Assembly: GCA_009695045.1 (NCBI GenBank)
Contig: SIBS01000003.1
Coordinates: forward strand, 10,561 to 74,560
Length of the DNA stretch: 64,000 nucleotides
Direction: 5' to 3'
DNA from: Candidatus Levyibacteriota bacterium
GTDB lineage: Bacteria; Patescibacteriota; Microgenomatia; Levybacterales; UBA12049
Every line of letters begins with the position of its first letter. Position 1 is the stretch's first letter. The translations under genes were made by a program, and so were the position numbers. Positions 50,419 through 61,182 of the stretch are shown one piece after another. The notes beneath the pieces were generated by a model. It saw nothing but the letters and a program-made list of their open reading frames with translations, ran no database searches and was not told the origin of the DNA.

Positions 50419-50706
50419 TTACTTTCCTAATCCACCAAGTAATCCCCCTAGACCACCACTCATTGATTGAAGCTTCTTTGCAGCAATCTCTTGCGATTTT
50501 TTAACGGCTTCATTTACCGCATCTCTTATATCATTATCCGATCTATCATTGGAAGTTATTGATTTAATCTTTTGATCACCAGAAATTACAACAATTACTC
50601 CATGATTATTTATAGTAACTTCTTCTTGTTGAAGTTCTCTCTGAATAGACATCGCTTGATCGCGCATTTTTTTAAGTTCTCCTATTTGCTTAAATGGATT
50701 ATTCAT
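50419..50706 (-). CDS. ybaB: YbaB/EbfC nucleoid-associated protein
   Basis: Follows dnaX; VVISGDQKI, DAVNEA; SD AGGAGGTG before ATG 50706. Confidence 0.85.
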   Translation of the reverse strand: MNNPFKQIGELKKMRDQAMSIQRELQQEEVTINNHGVIVVISGDQKIKSITSNDRSDNDIRDAVNEAVKKSQEIAAKKLQSMSGGLGGLLGGLGK

Positions 50707-50742
50707 ATTATTCACCTCCTTACCAATTAATACTATATTCTA

Positions 50743-52197
50743 CTATTTTTTATCTCTTAATTCTACTAATACTGTTACTGATTTTCCAGTCAAATCTTTA
50801 TATATTTTTTCCATTAATTCCATAGATTCTTTTTTACATAATTTTTCTTTATGAAATGAGTAACCTGTTGCGATAACAAGATTATAATCATTTGTCTCAA
50901 TTAAATAACAACTAGCCAATAGGCCTGCTACTGAACGATTTTGCTGTTTTATGTTTTTTATAAAAGTTGACCATATTTCTTTATCTTCAATTTTAGTAAC
51001 TTCAATCTTACCTTCTGCATCATTTGATTTATTTTCTTTAACTAAATTCGTTTTGATATTTGAAATTTTTATTTCTGATTTATCAGTAATTACTATACTT
51101 TCATTATTTATTTTAAAATTGTCTATTCGGCACCAGTCTATAATCACCATTTCCAAAGGTAACTGCAGAATAACAGCATGTCGAATCGCTCCATATGCTT
51201 CTCCCAAAAGATTAATAAGTATTTTGCTTTCTTCAATGCTAAAAACTACACCATTTGCAACTTTATTTCCAATTCCCAATTCTTGAAGCATAGATAGATG
51301 CAATCGCGAGATAAGTTGCTCTAAATATTGTTTTATATTTATACCAATTTTTATCATATCTTCAACTAAATCTAATGCTTTTATTGTGTCTTTCTTTTTA
51401 AGGTGATCTATCATCTGCTCTAGATATTTTTCAATACTTATTACTCTATGTTTTTCTTCAACAATTTCTTTAGTTATTTTTTGTGCTTGTCCAGAAATTA
51501 AAGTAACACATTCTTCCAAAACTTTTGCACCATCTCGAAAGCTTCCTTCCGATAGTTGAGCTATGTCTTCCAGAGCAGATACATCAAATGGAACTTTCTC
51601 TTTTTCTAAAATGCGGGTGAATGAATGAACTAACTCTTCTGTAGTTGCGACGCGAAATTGCAAATTAAAACATCGAGAAATAATAGTTGCAGGAACTTTA
51701 TGCAACTCTGTTGTGCAAAGAATAAAAAGCACATTGGTTGGTGGCTCCTCCAAAGTCTTAAGAAGTGCATTGAATGCTCCAGTCGTAACCATATGCACTT
51801 CATCAATTATATATACTTTATTTTTTGCTAAAAGAGGGACTAGATTTATCTTTCCCAACAGGTCACGAATATCATCAATGAGCCCATTAGATGCACCATC
51901 AATCTCCATCACGTCTAGATTGATGCCGCTAGTAATAGACATACATTGATTGCACTTATTACAAGGCTCAATTTCAGAATTTGATTTATTCCCATCCGAA
52001 GATAAATCAAGATGTTGACAGTTTACAACTTTTGCCACAATACGAGCAGTAGATGTTTTACCAAGACCTTTAGGTCCAGTAAAAAGAAATGCATGTGGAA
52101 TAATAGGCTTAGAAAATACACTATACAATATATCTCGTACAGATTTACTATCTAACTCTTCTATTGTTTGAGGCCGATATTTGCGATAAAATACCAT
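50743..52197 (-). CDS. dnaX: DNA polymerase III subunit gamma/tau
   Basis: YRKYRP, GPKGLGKTS, IIDEVHM, NALLKTLEEPP, ISRC. Confidence 0.97.
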   Translation of the reverse strand: MVFYRKYRPQTIEELDSKSVRDILYSVFSKPIIPHAFLFTGPKGLGKTSTARIVAKVVNCQHLDLSSDGNKSNSEIEPCNKCNQCMSITSGINLDVMEIDGASNGLIDDIRDLLGKINLVPLLAKNKVYIIDEVHMVTTGAFNALLKTLEEPPTNVLFILCTTELHKVPATIISRCFNLQFRVATTEELVHSFTRILEKEKVPFDVSALEDIAQLSEGSFRDGAKVLEECVTLISGQAQKITKEIVEEKHRVISIEKYLEQMIDHLKKKDTIKALDLVEDMIKIGINIKQYLEQLISRLHLSMLQELGIGNKVANGVVFSIEESKILINLLGEAYGAIRHAVILQLPLEMVIIDWCRIDNFKINNESIVITDKSEIKISNIKTNLVKENKSNDAEGKIEVTKIEDKEIWSTFIKNIKQQNRSVAGLLASCYLIETNDYNLVIATGYSFHKEKLCKKESMELMEKIYKDLTGKSVTVLVELRDKK

Positions 52198-52240
52198 AAT
52201 TTCTCTGTAACAATACTATACCTAATATTATTATATTAAA

Positions 52241-52636
52241 TTAGTGATGAACACCTAATAAATGTAAAGTTCCATGAATTACTAGCTCCTCTACTTTTTC
52301 ATCTACGAGAACATCGTCTCTTGCTGCATCTCTAATTACTTGGGGGTAAGATAATACAACGTCTCCAAGTCGAAGCTTATCTGTTGGCATAATTGTAGGA
52401 GAGCCTTCATTAATTGAAAATGATAGTACGTTTGTAGTTTTATCTATATTTCTATACTTCTTATTAAGAGCCTGCATTTTACGATCTCCTACAATTGCAA
52501 TAGAAATCTCAGCAGAGCTAATAATTCCTTGCTCTTTGCACGTAACCTGAACCGCTTTTTTTATTCTTTTTCTATCAACTTTATAGCGGCTTTCTACGAA
52601 CAGTAATACCTCAATAGTACTTGAATTACCATGCAT
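52241..52636 (-). CDS. ybeY: rRNA maturation RNase YbeY
   Basis: LNKKYR, TNVLSF, LGDV, HGTLHLLGVHH; exact start uncertain. Confidence 0.9.
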   Translation of the reverse strand: MHGNSSTIEVLLFVESRYKVDRKRIKKAVQVTCKEQGIISSAEISIAIVGDRKMQALNKKYRNIDKTTNVLSFSINEGSPTIMPTDKLRLGDVVLSYPQVIRDAARDDVLVDEKVEELVIHGTLHLLGVHH

Positions 52637-52808
52637 TTTTCTTTGCTCTACGAGCATCTTCTTGCTTTTGCTTACGAGCGAGCGAAGGCTTAAGATAGAA
52701 CTCTCGGCGCTTTGCCTCTTGCAATATCCCTTCACTCATTACTTTTCGGGAAAATTTCCTAATAAGCGAATCATCTGAATCCCCTGGTTGTTTTTTAACA
52801 AAAACCAT
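52626..52808 (-). CDS. rpsU: 30S ribosomal protein bS21
   Basis: SLIRKFSRKV, REFYLKPS; SD GAGGAGGTG. Confidence 0.9.
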   Translation of the reverse strand: MVFVKKQPGDSDDSLIRKFSRKVMSEGILQEAKRREFYLKPSLARKQKQEDARRAKKNAW

Positions 52809-52962
52809 AAAATAAAACACCTCCTCTTGCAATGTCAGTCTGATAAATATATGACGAAGTATTTATTGTAGTAATTTTTTGGAATTCTTCACCATGGTCA
52901 AATTGACAATATTTATATTTCTATTGTACTTTAAAATCAAGAGAAAGTAAAGAGGGATATGG

Positions 52963-53367
52963 TTAAGATTTTTTAATTTTGTCAGCAATGACTTCGAGCT
53001 GTTCCTTAGGCTTATTTTTTACTATTGATTGGATTGCTCCACCACTATCATTTTTCCATCTAGGAATGATATGTACATGCAAATGTGGTACGCCTGTAGG
53101 CTCTAGATGATTTATGCCAATCGATATCCAATCGCATTTAAGAGATTTCTCTATCTTTTTTGCTAACTTTTGAACTATATTCATAACTGACCCTAATTCA
53201 TATTCTTCGTAATCGTGAATCGATAAACCATGTCTTTTTAAAATCACTATTGTGTGTCCTGGAGCAGAAGGCATAATATCTAAAAAAGCACGGGTTGAGT
53301 CATCTTCGTGTAGGGTATATGATGGTATTTGATTAGCAATTAATTTACAAAAAATACAATTATCCAT
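52963..53367 (-). CDS. HIT family hydrolase
   Basis: CIFC, AFLDIMP, VPHLHVHIIPR. Confidence 0.93.
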   Translation of the reverse strand: MDNCIFCKLIANQIPSYTLHEDDSTRAFLDIMPSAPGHTIVILKRHGLSIHDYEEYELGSVMNIVQKLAKKIEKSLKCDWISIGINHLEPTGVPHLHVHIIPRWKNDSGGAIQSIVKNKPKEQLEVIADKIKKS

Positions 53368-53372
53368 ATACC

Positions 53373-54320
53373 TTAAGCTGATACAAGTATTTCTATTATT
53401 GATTCTAATGACAATGAGCTAGGCTTCATATCCTGATTCTTTGTAGAACCATTTAGTAACATTTTTTTAGAGACGTGAAGAAACCATGAAGCCTGTGAAT
53501 CAATCTCCTTTAATTTAACATATACTGACGTTAAATCTACATCTGAATCAGGATCATTAGATGGTCTAGCCTTAATTCGAACATATCCTTTTTTGGGATC
53601 TTTACGAACTACCACAACGTATCCCATTTTTTGCACTAATTTTATTACTGTATCATTAAAAGAAGAAAAAGCAATCCCATTGCCCCATTTTGTCTTAAAT
53701 AAAATACTGTTTGTTTTAATCTCCTTCTCTGCCAATATTTTATTTTCAAAAGTAAATCTCAAAGCATCTAATAATTGCATTATAAAATCAGTATAATAAT
53801 TATCTTGATTTGATTTCTGTAATTTAATTCCGTCTAAAACTCCAAAAAGTGAAAAATCATGATGGTCTGCAGTGGGATCTCCCCAAAAAACCTCTCTAAA
53901 ATGATCTATGTCCACCACAACCTTAACAATTCGACTAATTGCATCTTTTTTAAAATCTGATTTTTCATTTGAGGAATGGGAACATATATAATCCCATGTT
54001 CTACTAGCTGCACAAATAGATTGATCATTTGTCTGATGATGATCTAATGGACCCATTCCGGTATCAACATGGATAACCTCATTTCCATCAATAATCTCAA
54101 TAGGATTAACTGTTGCAAAACTAGGAAATATCTCATGATTATTATTTATTAATATATTATCTTTGCCCAAGAATCCAGTCTCATTTTTATCTTTAAGCTT
54201 TGTTCCAGCTGAAACAAATTTTACATCTGCATTAGCCCACCCATTTAAAAAACGCTTCAAAAGCCATACTGAGGTTATAGCATCTAAATCTGGCGAACTA
54301 TGAGTTACGATTATTTTCAT
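53373..54320 (-). CDS. DHH/MYG1-like phosphoesterase-fold protein
   Basis: IVTHSSPDLDA, HVDTG, LDHHQ, WFLH motifs. Confidence 0.6.
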   Translation of the reverse strand: MKIIVTHSSPDLDAITSVWLLKRFLNGWANADVKFVSAGTKLKDKNETGFLGKDNILINNNHEIFPSFATVNPIEIIDGNEVIHVDTGMGPLDHHQTNDQSICAASRTWDYICSHSSNEKSDFKKDAISRIVKVVVDIDHFREVFWGDPTADHHDFSLFGVLDGIKLQKSNQDNYYTDFIMQLLDALRFTFENKILAEKEIKTNSILFKTKWGNGIAFSSFNDTVIKLVQKMGYVVVVRKDPKKGYVRIKARPSNDPDSDVDLTSVYVKLKEIDSQASWFLHVSKKMLLNGSTKNQDMKPSSLSLESIIEILVSA

Positions 54321-54322
54321 AT

Positions 54323-54865
54323 TTAATTATTTAATTCTATAATATCTGGCCTACCTCGACCCTTATTATCAGTATCTAGTCCATATCCCTCAACCCAAAC
54401 ATTCTTAATCTCAAAACCAAGATATTCAATCTCAACATCAACCTCTCTTCGAGCTGGCTTTGAAAGTAGGGATACAACCCTTAGTGAACTTGGTAGACTC
54501 TTTAATAATTTATCTTTTAATATCATAATTGTATGACCAGAGTCAACAATATCTTCCACAATAAGTATATTTTTATTAAGATAATCAATGTCTCCACTTA
54601 GTTTAATTTGCGGATTTCTAGAAGACTCTACTTTGTCTCCATAGCTTGAAATATTTACAAAATCTAACTTACAATTTTTTAATCCTGAAATCCACAAGGC
54701 GCGAATTAAATCAGACATAAAAATAAATGACCCCTTCATAACCATGAGTAAAATAACATTTTTTCCCTGATAATCAAATGCTATTTTATTTGCAATTTCA
54801 TTTATTCTTTTTGAAATTATTTCTTGAGAAATAAGTATTTTTGTATCTAGATTATTATCTTTCAT
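54323..54865 (-). CDS. hpt: hypoxanthine phosphoribosyltransferase
   Basis: MKGSFIFMSDL, SSYG, LIVEDIVDSGHT, GYGLD. Confidence 0.92.
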   Translation of the reverse strand: MKDNNLDTKILISQEIISKRINEIANKIAFDYQGKNVILLMVMKGSFIFMSDLIRALWISGLKNCKLDFVNISSYGDKVESSRNPQIKLSGDIDYLNKNILIVEDIVDSGHTIMILKDKLLKSLPSSLRVVSLLSKPARREVDVEIEYLGFEIKNVWVEGYGLDTDNKGRGRPDIIELNN

Positions 54866-54939
54866 ATGCCTATTGTACACTACTCACTTTTTCTATGCAA
54901 AAACTTGACAAAATTAATCTTAAAACATAGGATAAATCT

Positions 54940-55299
54940 ATGAATAAAAAAACTGATACCCTAGATCCAAAACTCAAAGAAATTTATGATAGGGTAATGA
55001 ATAGTCATATCTCTAAACCTAATCAACCAGTATCGACTCCTATTAAATCACCAGCACCTACCCCAGCAGCATCTAATCAAATTCTACATTCTACCCCTGA
55101 AAAAACTACTCAAGTTTTTGTTGCTAATTCATCTAAGGATGCAACAAAAAATACTCCATCGATAGACGAAAAAAACAAAGAAAAAAAATCAGGTATATCT
55201 CCGGTAATATTTACTATCTGTGGGATTATTTTTTTTGCAATCTACACAATATTCTGGTTTAAGATATTTAACATATCTCTGCCATTTATTCCTAAATAA
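54940..55299 (+). CDS. hypothetical protein with Pro-rich linker and C-terminal TM anchor
   Basis: LDPKLKEIYDRVM head, C-terminal TM; promoter TTGACA(54905)-17-TAGGAT ends 6 nt before ATG. Confidence 0.65.
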   Translation: MNKKTDTLDPKLKEIYDRVMNSHISKPNQPVSTPIKSPAPTPAASNQILHSTPEKTTQVFVANSSKDATKNTPSIDEKNKEKKSGISPVIFTICGIIFFAIYTIFWFKIFNISLPFIPK

Positions 55300-55327
55300 T
55301 TTATTAATAAAAATAAACTATCAGTTT

Positions 55328-56569
55328 TTATTGAAGTTTTTTAAAAATATTTTCAATACTAATTAACTCTATATCTGTGCTTTTTCGATCTTTCCATTCT
55401 ATATTATCACCATTTCTGCCTGATACAACTAAACGTATAGGTATACCAATTAAATCCGCATCAGCAAACTTTGTACCAGCTCGCTCATCACGATCATCAT
55501 ATAATACATTTATTCCTCTACTCATCAATTCATCATAGGTTTTATTCGCCATATTTATAGCTTCTGCGCTCTCACCAAGTCGAATTAAATAAACATCTGC
55601 AGGAGCAATTGTTTTTGGCCAAATCAATCCCTTTTCGTCGCTAAATTTTTCTGCAATTACGCCCATTACTCGAGTTATCCCTATGCCATAAGATCCAAGA
55701 TGCGGAAATCTTCTTTGACCATCTTCATCGATAAAGGTAAAATCCATCTGCTCACTCTTAGCAGTACCAAAATTGAATATATTACCTACTTCGCTAGTTT
55801 TTATCTCTTCAAGATCAAATTTATTAATTCCTAGTTTTTTTAAATTTTCATCATTTAAAACTTCTTCATTAATAGCAATATTTTTACCACGGTGAAGATA
55901 TATCCTATCTTCACCGGTCTCACAAATAGTCTGAAATTCATGACTAAATTCCGTAAATGAACCGCCGCCTGCAAAAGTTACATAAGTATCATCTCCTATT
56001 CCGAGACGTTGATAAATTTTTTTATATGCTTCAGTAACCGAATTATAATATTTATTATGTTGTTTTGAATCAATACAAACAGAGTACATATCCTTCATAC
56101 TAAATTCACGGCCTCGCATTATTCCAGACTTTGCTCGTAGCTCATTTCGCAACTTTATCTGAAACTGATATACGCTGATCGGAAAATCTTTATAACTAGT
56201 TATATGCTGTTTTAACATTTCTATAATTGGCTCTTCATGGGACCAAGCTAGGCCAATTTCTGATTCATCTTTTAATCTAGTTTTAAACCATACATCTACT
56301 GCATTATCATCCCATCTACCAGTAACCTCCCATTTATCGCGAGACTGAAGATTGGTCATAATAAGCTCTTGTCCATCAATTGCATTCATCTCTTCTCTAA
56401 CAATTTGCTTAATATTTTCAATTACTTTTAAACCAAGGGGTAGATATGCATAAACTCCAGCCATTTCTTTATGAATGAAGCCAGCCTGAATAAGTAGCTG
56501 AGCGTTTTTAGATACTTCATCAGTTGGGGCTTCTTTTCTTGTTTTTGTAAAAAGTTTCGAATATCTCAT
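55328..56569 (-). CDS. proS: proline--tRNA ligase (short form without INS editing domain)
   Basis: MRYSKLF, WSHEE, QIKLRNELR, REFSMKDMYS, EVGNIF, GSYGIGITR, DADLIGIP; 413 aa. Confidence 0.95.
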   Translation of the reverse strand: MRYSKLFTKTRKEAPTDEVSKNAQLLIQAGFIHKEMAGVYAYLPLGLKVIENIKQIVREEMNAIDGQELIMTNLQSRDKWEVTGRWDDNAVDVWFKTRLKDESEIGLAWSHEEPIIEMLKQHITSYKDFPISVYQFQIKLRNELRAKSGIMRGREFSMKDMYSVCIDSKQHNKYYNSVTEAYKKIYQRLGIGDDTYVTFAGGGSFTEFSHEFQTICETGEDRIYLHRGKNIAINEEVLNDENLKKLGINKFDLEEIKTSEVGNIFNFGTAKSEQMDFTFIDEDGQRRFPHLGSYGIGITRVMGVIAEKFSDEKGLIWPKTIAPADVYLIRLGESAEAINMANKTYDELMSRGINVLYDDRDERAGTKFADADLIGIPIRLVVSGRNGDNIEWKDRKSTDIELISIENIFKKLQ

Positions 56570-56722
56570 ATTATTTTATTTTAATTTAATTTAAAAACCT
56601 ATATCTATTTCTCTAGTATAACATTATTTTATTCCTTAATTAGGATCTTTTAAATTTCTGCTATTAAACTCGTTGACAATTATACCTTGAAATAATAAAA
56701 TTTCTTCGATGGTAAAAAATAT

Positions 56723-57388
56723 ATGCCACTAGGAGAAGATCTACATCATCAAAAAATTATTGAAAGAATTAATTATACAGATAACAGTCGTTCTCCTTTT
56801 CAAGTTGTAGAATCAACAGCAAAACTTTTAGATTTATATTTTACACCAGTAATTAACCTAGATCCTTCTCTTGCAAGAAATTATTTTGCAAATGCAACTC
56901 TTGGATTTGCATGGCAAGCAGAAAAAGGATTCTTCAAAAATATAGACAAGATTGATCGTGCAAAAAAAATATCAAATGAGGATATAGAAAGATTTATATT
57001 ACTAGATAAACAACAGGGTCAACAAGAAAATGTTGAAGATAATGAAGCTTTTGATTTTACCCTAATAACATTTGGATTCATGCCAGAAATGGCAAAACAT
57101 AGATTTCTTCCAAATGGATTCTCAAAAAAAGGAATGATGGCTCCACCATTTACAACAAGAGAATACTTATTAAGGCTAAGAGAAATAAGAAGAGAGGTTA
57201 CTAGGATAATAAGTGGAGAGACAGATCAAAAAGCTTCGCTTGATAACAATCCAGCACTCCTAAGAACATATTGGTTTTTTCAAGTCGGTAAAGAAATACC
57301 GTTAAAAATAAAAAAAGATTATAAAAATATTAAAAATAATACAGAAAAAATTTTGAATAAACTTTTAGAAGATATTGATATAAATTAA
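56723..57388 (+). CDS. hypothetical protein
   Basis: 221-aa ORF; promoter TTGACA(56673)-17-TAAAAT upstream. Confidence 0.6.
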   Translation: MPLGEDLHHQKIIERINYTDNSRSPFQVVESTAKLLDLYFTPVINLDPSLARNYFANATLGFAWQAEKGFFKNIDKIDRAKKISNEDIERFILLDKQQGQQENVEDNEAFDFTLITFGFMPEMAKHRFLPNGFSKKGMMAPPFTTREYLLRLREIRREVTRIISGETDQKASLDNNPALLRTYWFFQVGKEIPLKIKKDYKNIKNNTEKILNKLLEDIDIN

Positions 57389-57393
57389 TATTC

Positions 57394-58314
57394 TTATTTA
57401 TTCTTTACATCATGACCGCCAAATACATTACGAAGAGAAGAAACCAAACGACCAGTAAATGATTGTTGGATTTTTTTATCTATCATAGATCTCTTTCTAT
57501 ATTCAAGGGATGCTTTAATAATCTCCAGCTGAACATCCATTCGTTTTGCCTCTTCAATTGCCCACACCGTTTCACCAGACGCACTTCCAATCTCTCCAGT
57601 TATTTGCTCTAATTTTGGGTCTTTTTCCAAAGCTTCTACTGTGCGATCCATCATAAAGCCACTTATCAAAGTTCCACGTTGATACATTTTTGCAACCTCT
57701 ATCAAATCTAAATTATAATCTGATTTCTGAAGCACTTCGAATCCTTCTCCAATTGATTGCATATATCCATATTCAATAGCATTGTGAATCATCTTTACAT
57801 AGTGACCCGCCCCCCCAATACCAAAATATTTATGTCCACCATTAGGATTAGCTAAAGTATCCAAAATAGGTTTTATATAATTATATGCATTTATGTCTCC
57901 CCCGACCATAAGTGGATACCCATCTTGTGCAGCAATTATCCCGCCAGAAACACCAATCCCCAAAAATTTTATATTTTTTTCTGCTAAGAATTTAGCATGC
58001 CTATTTGTATTGTTAAAATTTTCATTTGCTCCATCTATAATGATGTCTTGATCTGAAACATATAATGCAATTTCTGAGATAATTACTTCTGTTGCTTCAC
58101 CTGCCGGCAACATAGTCCATACGATACATGGCTTTGACAGGGAAGAAACAAGCTCTTTAACAGATGAGGATATTTTGATATTTTTAAATTCTTTTTTAAT
58201 AATTTCTACCGATTCCGTAGACCTATTCCATACTACAACATCGTGTCCATCATTAATCAATTTACCAACCATTCGACTTCCCATTTTTCCAAGCCCAATA
58301 AAACCTATCTGCAT
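57394..58314 (-). CDS. gnd: 6-phosphogluconate dehydrogenase, short-chain type
   Basis: GFIGLGKMG, GVSGG, GHYVKMIHNAIEYG, SGET, LRNVFGGH. Confidence 0.93.
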   Translation of the reverse strand: MQIGFIGLGKMGSRMVGKLINDGHDVVVWNRSTESVEIIKKEFKNIKISSSVKELVSSLSKPCIVWTMLPAGEATEVIISEIALYVSDQDIIIDGANENFNNTNRHAKFLAEKNIKFLGIGVSGGIIAAQDGYPLMVGGDINAYNYIKPILDTLANPNGGHKYFGIGGAGHYVKMIHNAIEYGYMQSIGEGFEVLQKSDYNLDLIEVAKMYQRGTLISGFMMDRTVEALEKDPKLEQITGEIGSASGETVWAIEEAKRMDVQLEIIKASLEYRKRSMIDKKIQQSFTGRLVSSLRNVFGGHDVKNK

Positions 58315-58336
58315 AAAATAATATTAACAAAAAAAA

Positions 58337-59413
58337 TTAAATTTTTCCACCTCTTATTCTCATAATTTCTTTAAGTAATTTGCTAGTTATATCATCAACC
58401 GTTTTAATAAAAATCCCCTTAAGCGTTGTTTCCTTTTGCATATCTTCACTATTATTCTCTTTTTCGATTAAGGTAATTATATTACTAATTACTTTTTCAA
58501 CATTACCTGCTACAAGTAATTGAGGCAAATAAAATTTATCCCCATCCCCATTTACTAAAGCAGATAAAAAGTATGCTACATGTATTGATCGCTCGCTCAT
58601 GCCGATTTGATTTAAACTTACTGTATGTTTTGGAATTTTTTTTCTTAGAATATCCGATACTCCAATTAAATAATCTCTATCATACGCTTCCATATCCCTA
58701 TAGTCCCTAGGTCCCAATTTAGGGATATTAAAAAATTCCTTAGTAGCAAGATGTGAAAGATTATACCTTCGTAATACTTTTATTACATTAGGAATAATCG
58801 TATTTGTGGGTTCAATATCTAATTCTGGGACTATCAAATTGGACTGCTTTATAGCTACTTTTTCATCATCTCTAATTTTTGAATTGATTAATTCCGAAAG
58901 ATGATTATTTCCCAATTTTTTTTGCACATCTAATTTAACAGCTTTCCAATCTATGTCTGCATATCCATCGACCCCTCCTACAACATGACTAATTACTGCA
59001 ACCATTCGCATCCTATCAGGATCCACATATTCTGATTCTCTTGATTTATAATTATCCAAAAATAAACCTTTCATAAATCTAGCTTGACGCATTTCAAACC
59101 ATAATTCTTCAGCTAAGTCTGGTGACTGAGTGCTCCATGCATCCCAAAATTTTCTTATTTTAATCTGACTTTTAAGTATTGGCCAAAGCTCAGGATTAAT
59201 TTTATCTATAACATTCCTATCGAAAATTTCCAGAGTATTTTTTAAATTATCATCTAGGATGCCATCATAATCAGGTGTCAATTGACGAGAAAATACTTCT
59301 AAGCCAAGCGTTAAGGAGGGCTTATTGAGCATTTCTGTACCAAAAAAACTATCTTTTATCTTGCTTGTTTCATCTTGTGAAAAACTTTGTCCAGACTCTC
59401 TTAAAAACGACAT
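58337..59413 (-). CDS. hypothetical protein
   Basis: 358-aa ORF between zwf and gnd with its own promoter-like TTTACA-18-TATAAT. Confidence 0.6.
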   Translation of the reverse strand: MSFLRESGQSFSQDETSKIKDSFFGTEMLNKPSLTLGLEVFSRQLTPDYDGILDDNLKNTLEIFDRNVIDKINPELWPILKSQIKIRKFWDAWSTQSPDLAEELWFEMRQARFMKGLFLDNYKSRESEYVDPDRMRMVAVISHVVGGVDGYADIDWKAVKLDVQKKLGNNHLSELINSKIRDDEKVAIKQSNLIVPELDIEPTNTIIPNVIKVLRRYNLSHLATKEFFNIPKLGPRDYRDMEAYDRDYLIGVSDILRKKIPKHTVSLNQIGMSERSIHVAYFLSALVNGDGDKFYLPQLLVAGNVEKVISNIITLIEKENNSEDMQKETTLKGIFIKTVDDITSKLLKEIMRIRGGKI

Positions 59414-59552
59414 ATTTTCTAGGCAGATTTAGATTATACTATATTTAAAATCTTTTTGTAAAAGCTAATTATACATTTTTCCTACCTAGATCTTATATAT
59501 TAAAAACAACATAGCCATCACTATTTTAAATATAATAATAAATATTCAATCT

Positions 59553-59584
59553 AAATTATCAAATATTTAGATATTTGATAATTT
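59553..59584. repeat. perfect 14-bp inverted repeat
   Basis: AAATTATCAAATAT-TTAG-ATATTTGATAATTT. Confidence 0.6.
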
Positions 59585-59680
59585 TTTTCACGTAATTATT
59601 TGTTGTTGGAAAAAAACTGCGTGGACCTATTATCTCATTCAAAATATTATCTATCAATATTATTTTAGAAATCCATCATG

Positions 59681-61102
59681 CTACAGCCATTTCTTTCCAT
59701 CTTTTTCTATGAGCCTATTTGCTTCTATTGGCCCCCATGTTCCTGAATCATAAAATTTCATTACGGGTCCCTGACTTTCCCATCCTCTTAAAATTTGTGT
59801 TATAAGTTCCCATGAGCTCTCTAACTCATCTGATCTATTAAAAAGCATTTGATCGCCATCAAAAACATCAAGCAATAATTTCTCATAAGCATCTGCGCCC
59901 TTATTACCAAATTCTTCTTGATAAGTAAATTTCATATCTACCGTCCCAAGTGCTAATTTAGAATCGGGTTTTTTTGTAATAACTCTAAGAATAATTCCTT
60001 CATCAGGTTGTATATGGATAGTAAGCACGTTACCTATTTCTGGACAACCAAACTCTTTGAATAATATATGACAAGTCTGGATAAAAACTATTGATATTTC
60101 AACAACATCTTTTGGTACTTTTTTCCCCGCTCGAAGATAGAAAGGTACATCTTTAAACCTTGGAGAATCAACAAATAATTTCATTGCAACAAATGTTTCA
60201 GTTTCAGACTTTGGTGAAACATCTTTTTCCAATAAATAATCTTTGTACTGACCTCTAACTATATTTTCTAATATATCTTTTGAAGAAATACCACGAATTG
60301 CCTTAATTGCTTTTGCTCTAGCATCCCTAACTCCTTCTTTAGAGAATGTTTTTGGCTGCTCCATTGCAATGGTTGCAATCAATTGTAAGAGATGATTTTG
60401 GGCAACATCCCTAAGTAATCCTACACCATCAAAAAATTTTCCACGCCCACCAACTCCCTTCACTTCTCCCCATGTTATCTGCACATGATCAATATAATTA
60501 TTATTCCATACTGGTTCAAAAATACCATTTGCAAATCTAAATGCAATCATATTCTGCACTGTTTCTTTAGCCAAATAATGATCAACGCGAAAAATCTGTC
60601 TCTCGTCAAAATTTTCAGAAAGTTTTCTGTCTAAATTTCGTGCTGTTTCTAAGTCTTTTCCAAATGGCTTTTCTATAATAAGTCTTGTCCTATGAATGTC
60701 CTCTTTTTTTTTATCAATCAATTCTGATTCCTGCAAACCATGAATTATTTCTAAATAATTTACCGGTGGAGTTGCAAGATAATATAAGAAATTTAGATGA
60801 TTATTATTTTTTTCTAATAAATTAAGTTTTCCCGTAAGGCTTATATATGCTTTTTCATCTGAGAAATCACCTTGATGATAAGAGATATATCTTAAAAAAT
60901 CATTCCATTCTTTTTTATCATTCAATGATTCAAATATTTGAAGGAACCCATCATTAATTAAATCTCGTCTAGCAAAACCAATTATGTAGAAATCTTTAGG
61001 TAATTGTTTTTTTTTATATAAAGAGAATAAAGCGGGAATTAATTTGGTACGAGCTAAATCTCCAGTGGCTCCAAATATTACCATTACAAAAGGATTAATC
61101 AT
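59681..61102 (-). CDS. zwf: glucose-6-phosphate 1-dehydrogenase
   Basis: FGATGDLA, EKPFG, RVDHYLAKE, DVAQNHL, PFYLRAGK, AYEKLL. Confidence 0.97.
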   Translation of the reverse strand: MINPFVMVIFGATGDLARTKLIPALFSLYKKKQLPKDFYIIGFARRDLINDGFLQIFESLNDKKEWNDFLRYISYHQGDFSDEKAYISLTGKLNLLEKNNNHLNFLYYLATPPVNYLEIIHGLQESELIDKKKEDIHRTRLIIEKPFGKDLETARNLDRKLSENFDERQIFRVDHYLAKETVQNMIAFRFANGIFEPVWNNNYIDHVQITWGEVKGVGGRGKFFDGVGLLRDVAQNHLLQLIATIAMEQPKTFSKEGVRDARAKAIKAIRGISSKDILENIVRGQYKDYLLEKDVSPKSETETFVAMKLFVDSPRFKDVPFYLRAGKKVPKDVVEISIVFIQTCHILFKEFGCPEIGNVLTIHIQPDEGIILRVITKKPDSKLALGTVDMKFTYQEEFGNKGADAYEKLLLDVFDGDQMLFNRSDELESSWELITQILRGWESQGPVMKFYDSGTWGPIEANRLIEKDGKKWL

Positions 61103-61182
61103 ATTTATATGAATAATTAAAATTATTACAAGTTCCTATTACCATTTCCTGTATTCACAAGTATCATTATTATTAATTTATT

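Noticed and set aside
52637-52735. Long ybeY N-terminus overlapping rpsU
   Set aside because: Alternative-frame overlap of bS21 with no YbeY similarity
46829-56700. T-box leaders before cysS or proS
   Set aside because: Upstream regions are short and AT-rich, with no TGGNACC bulge or terminator
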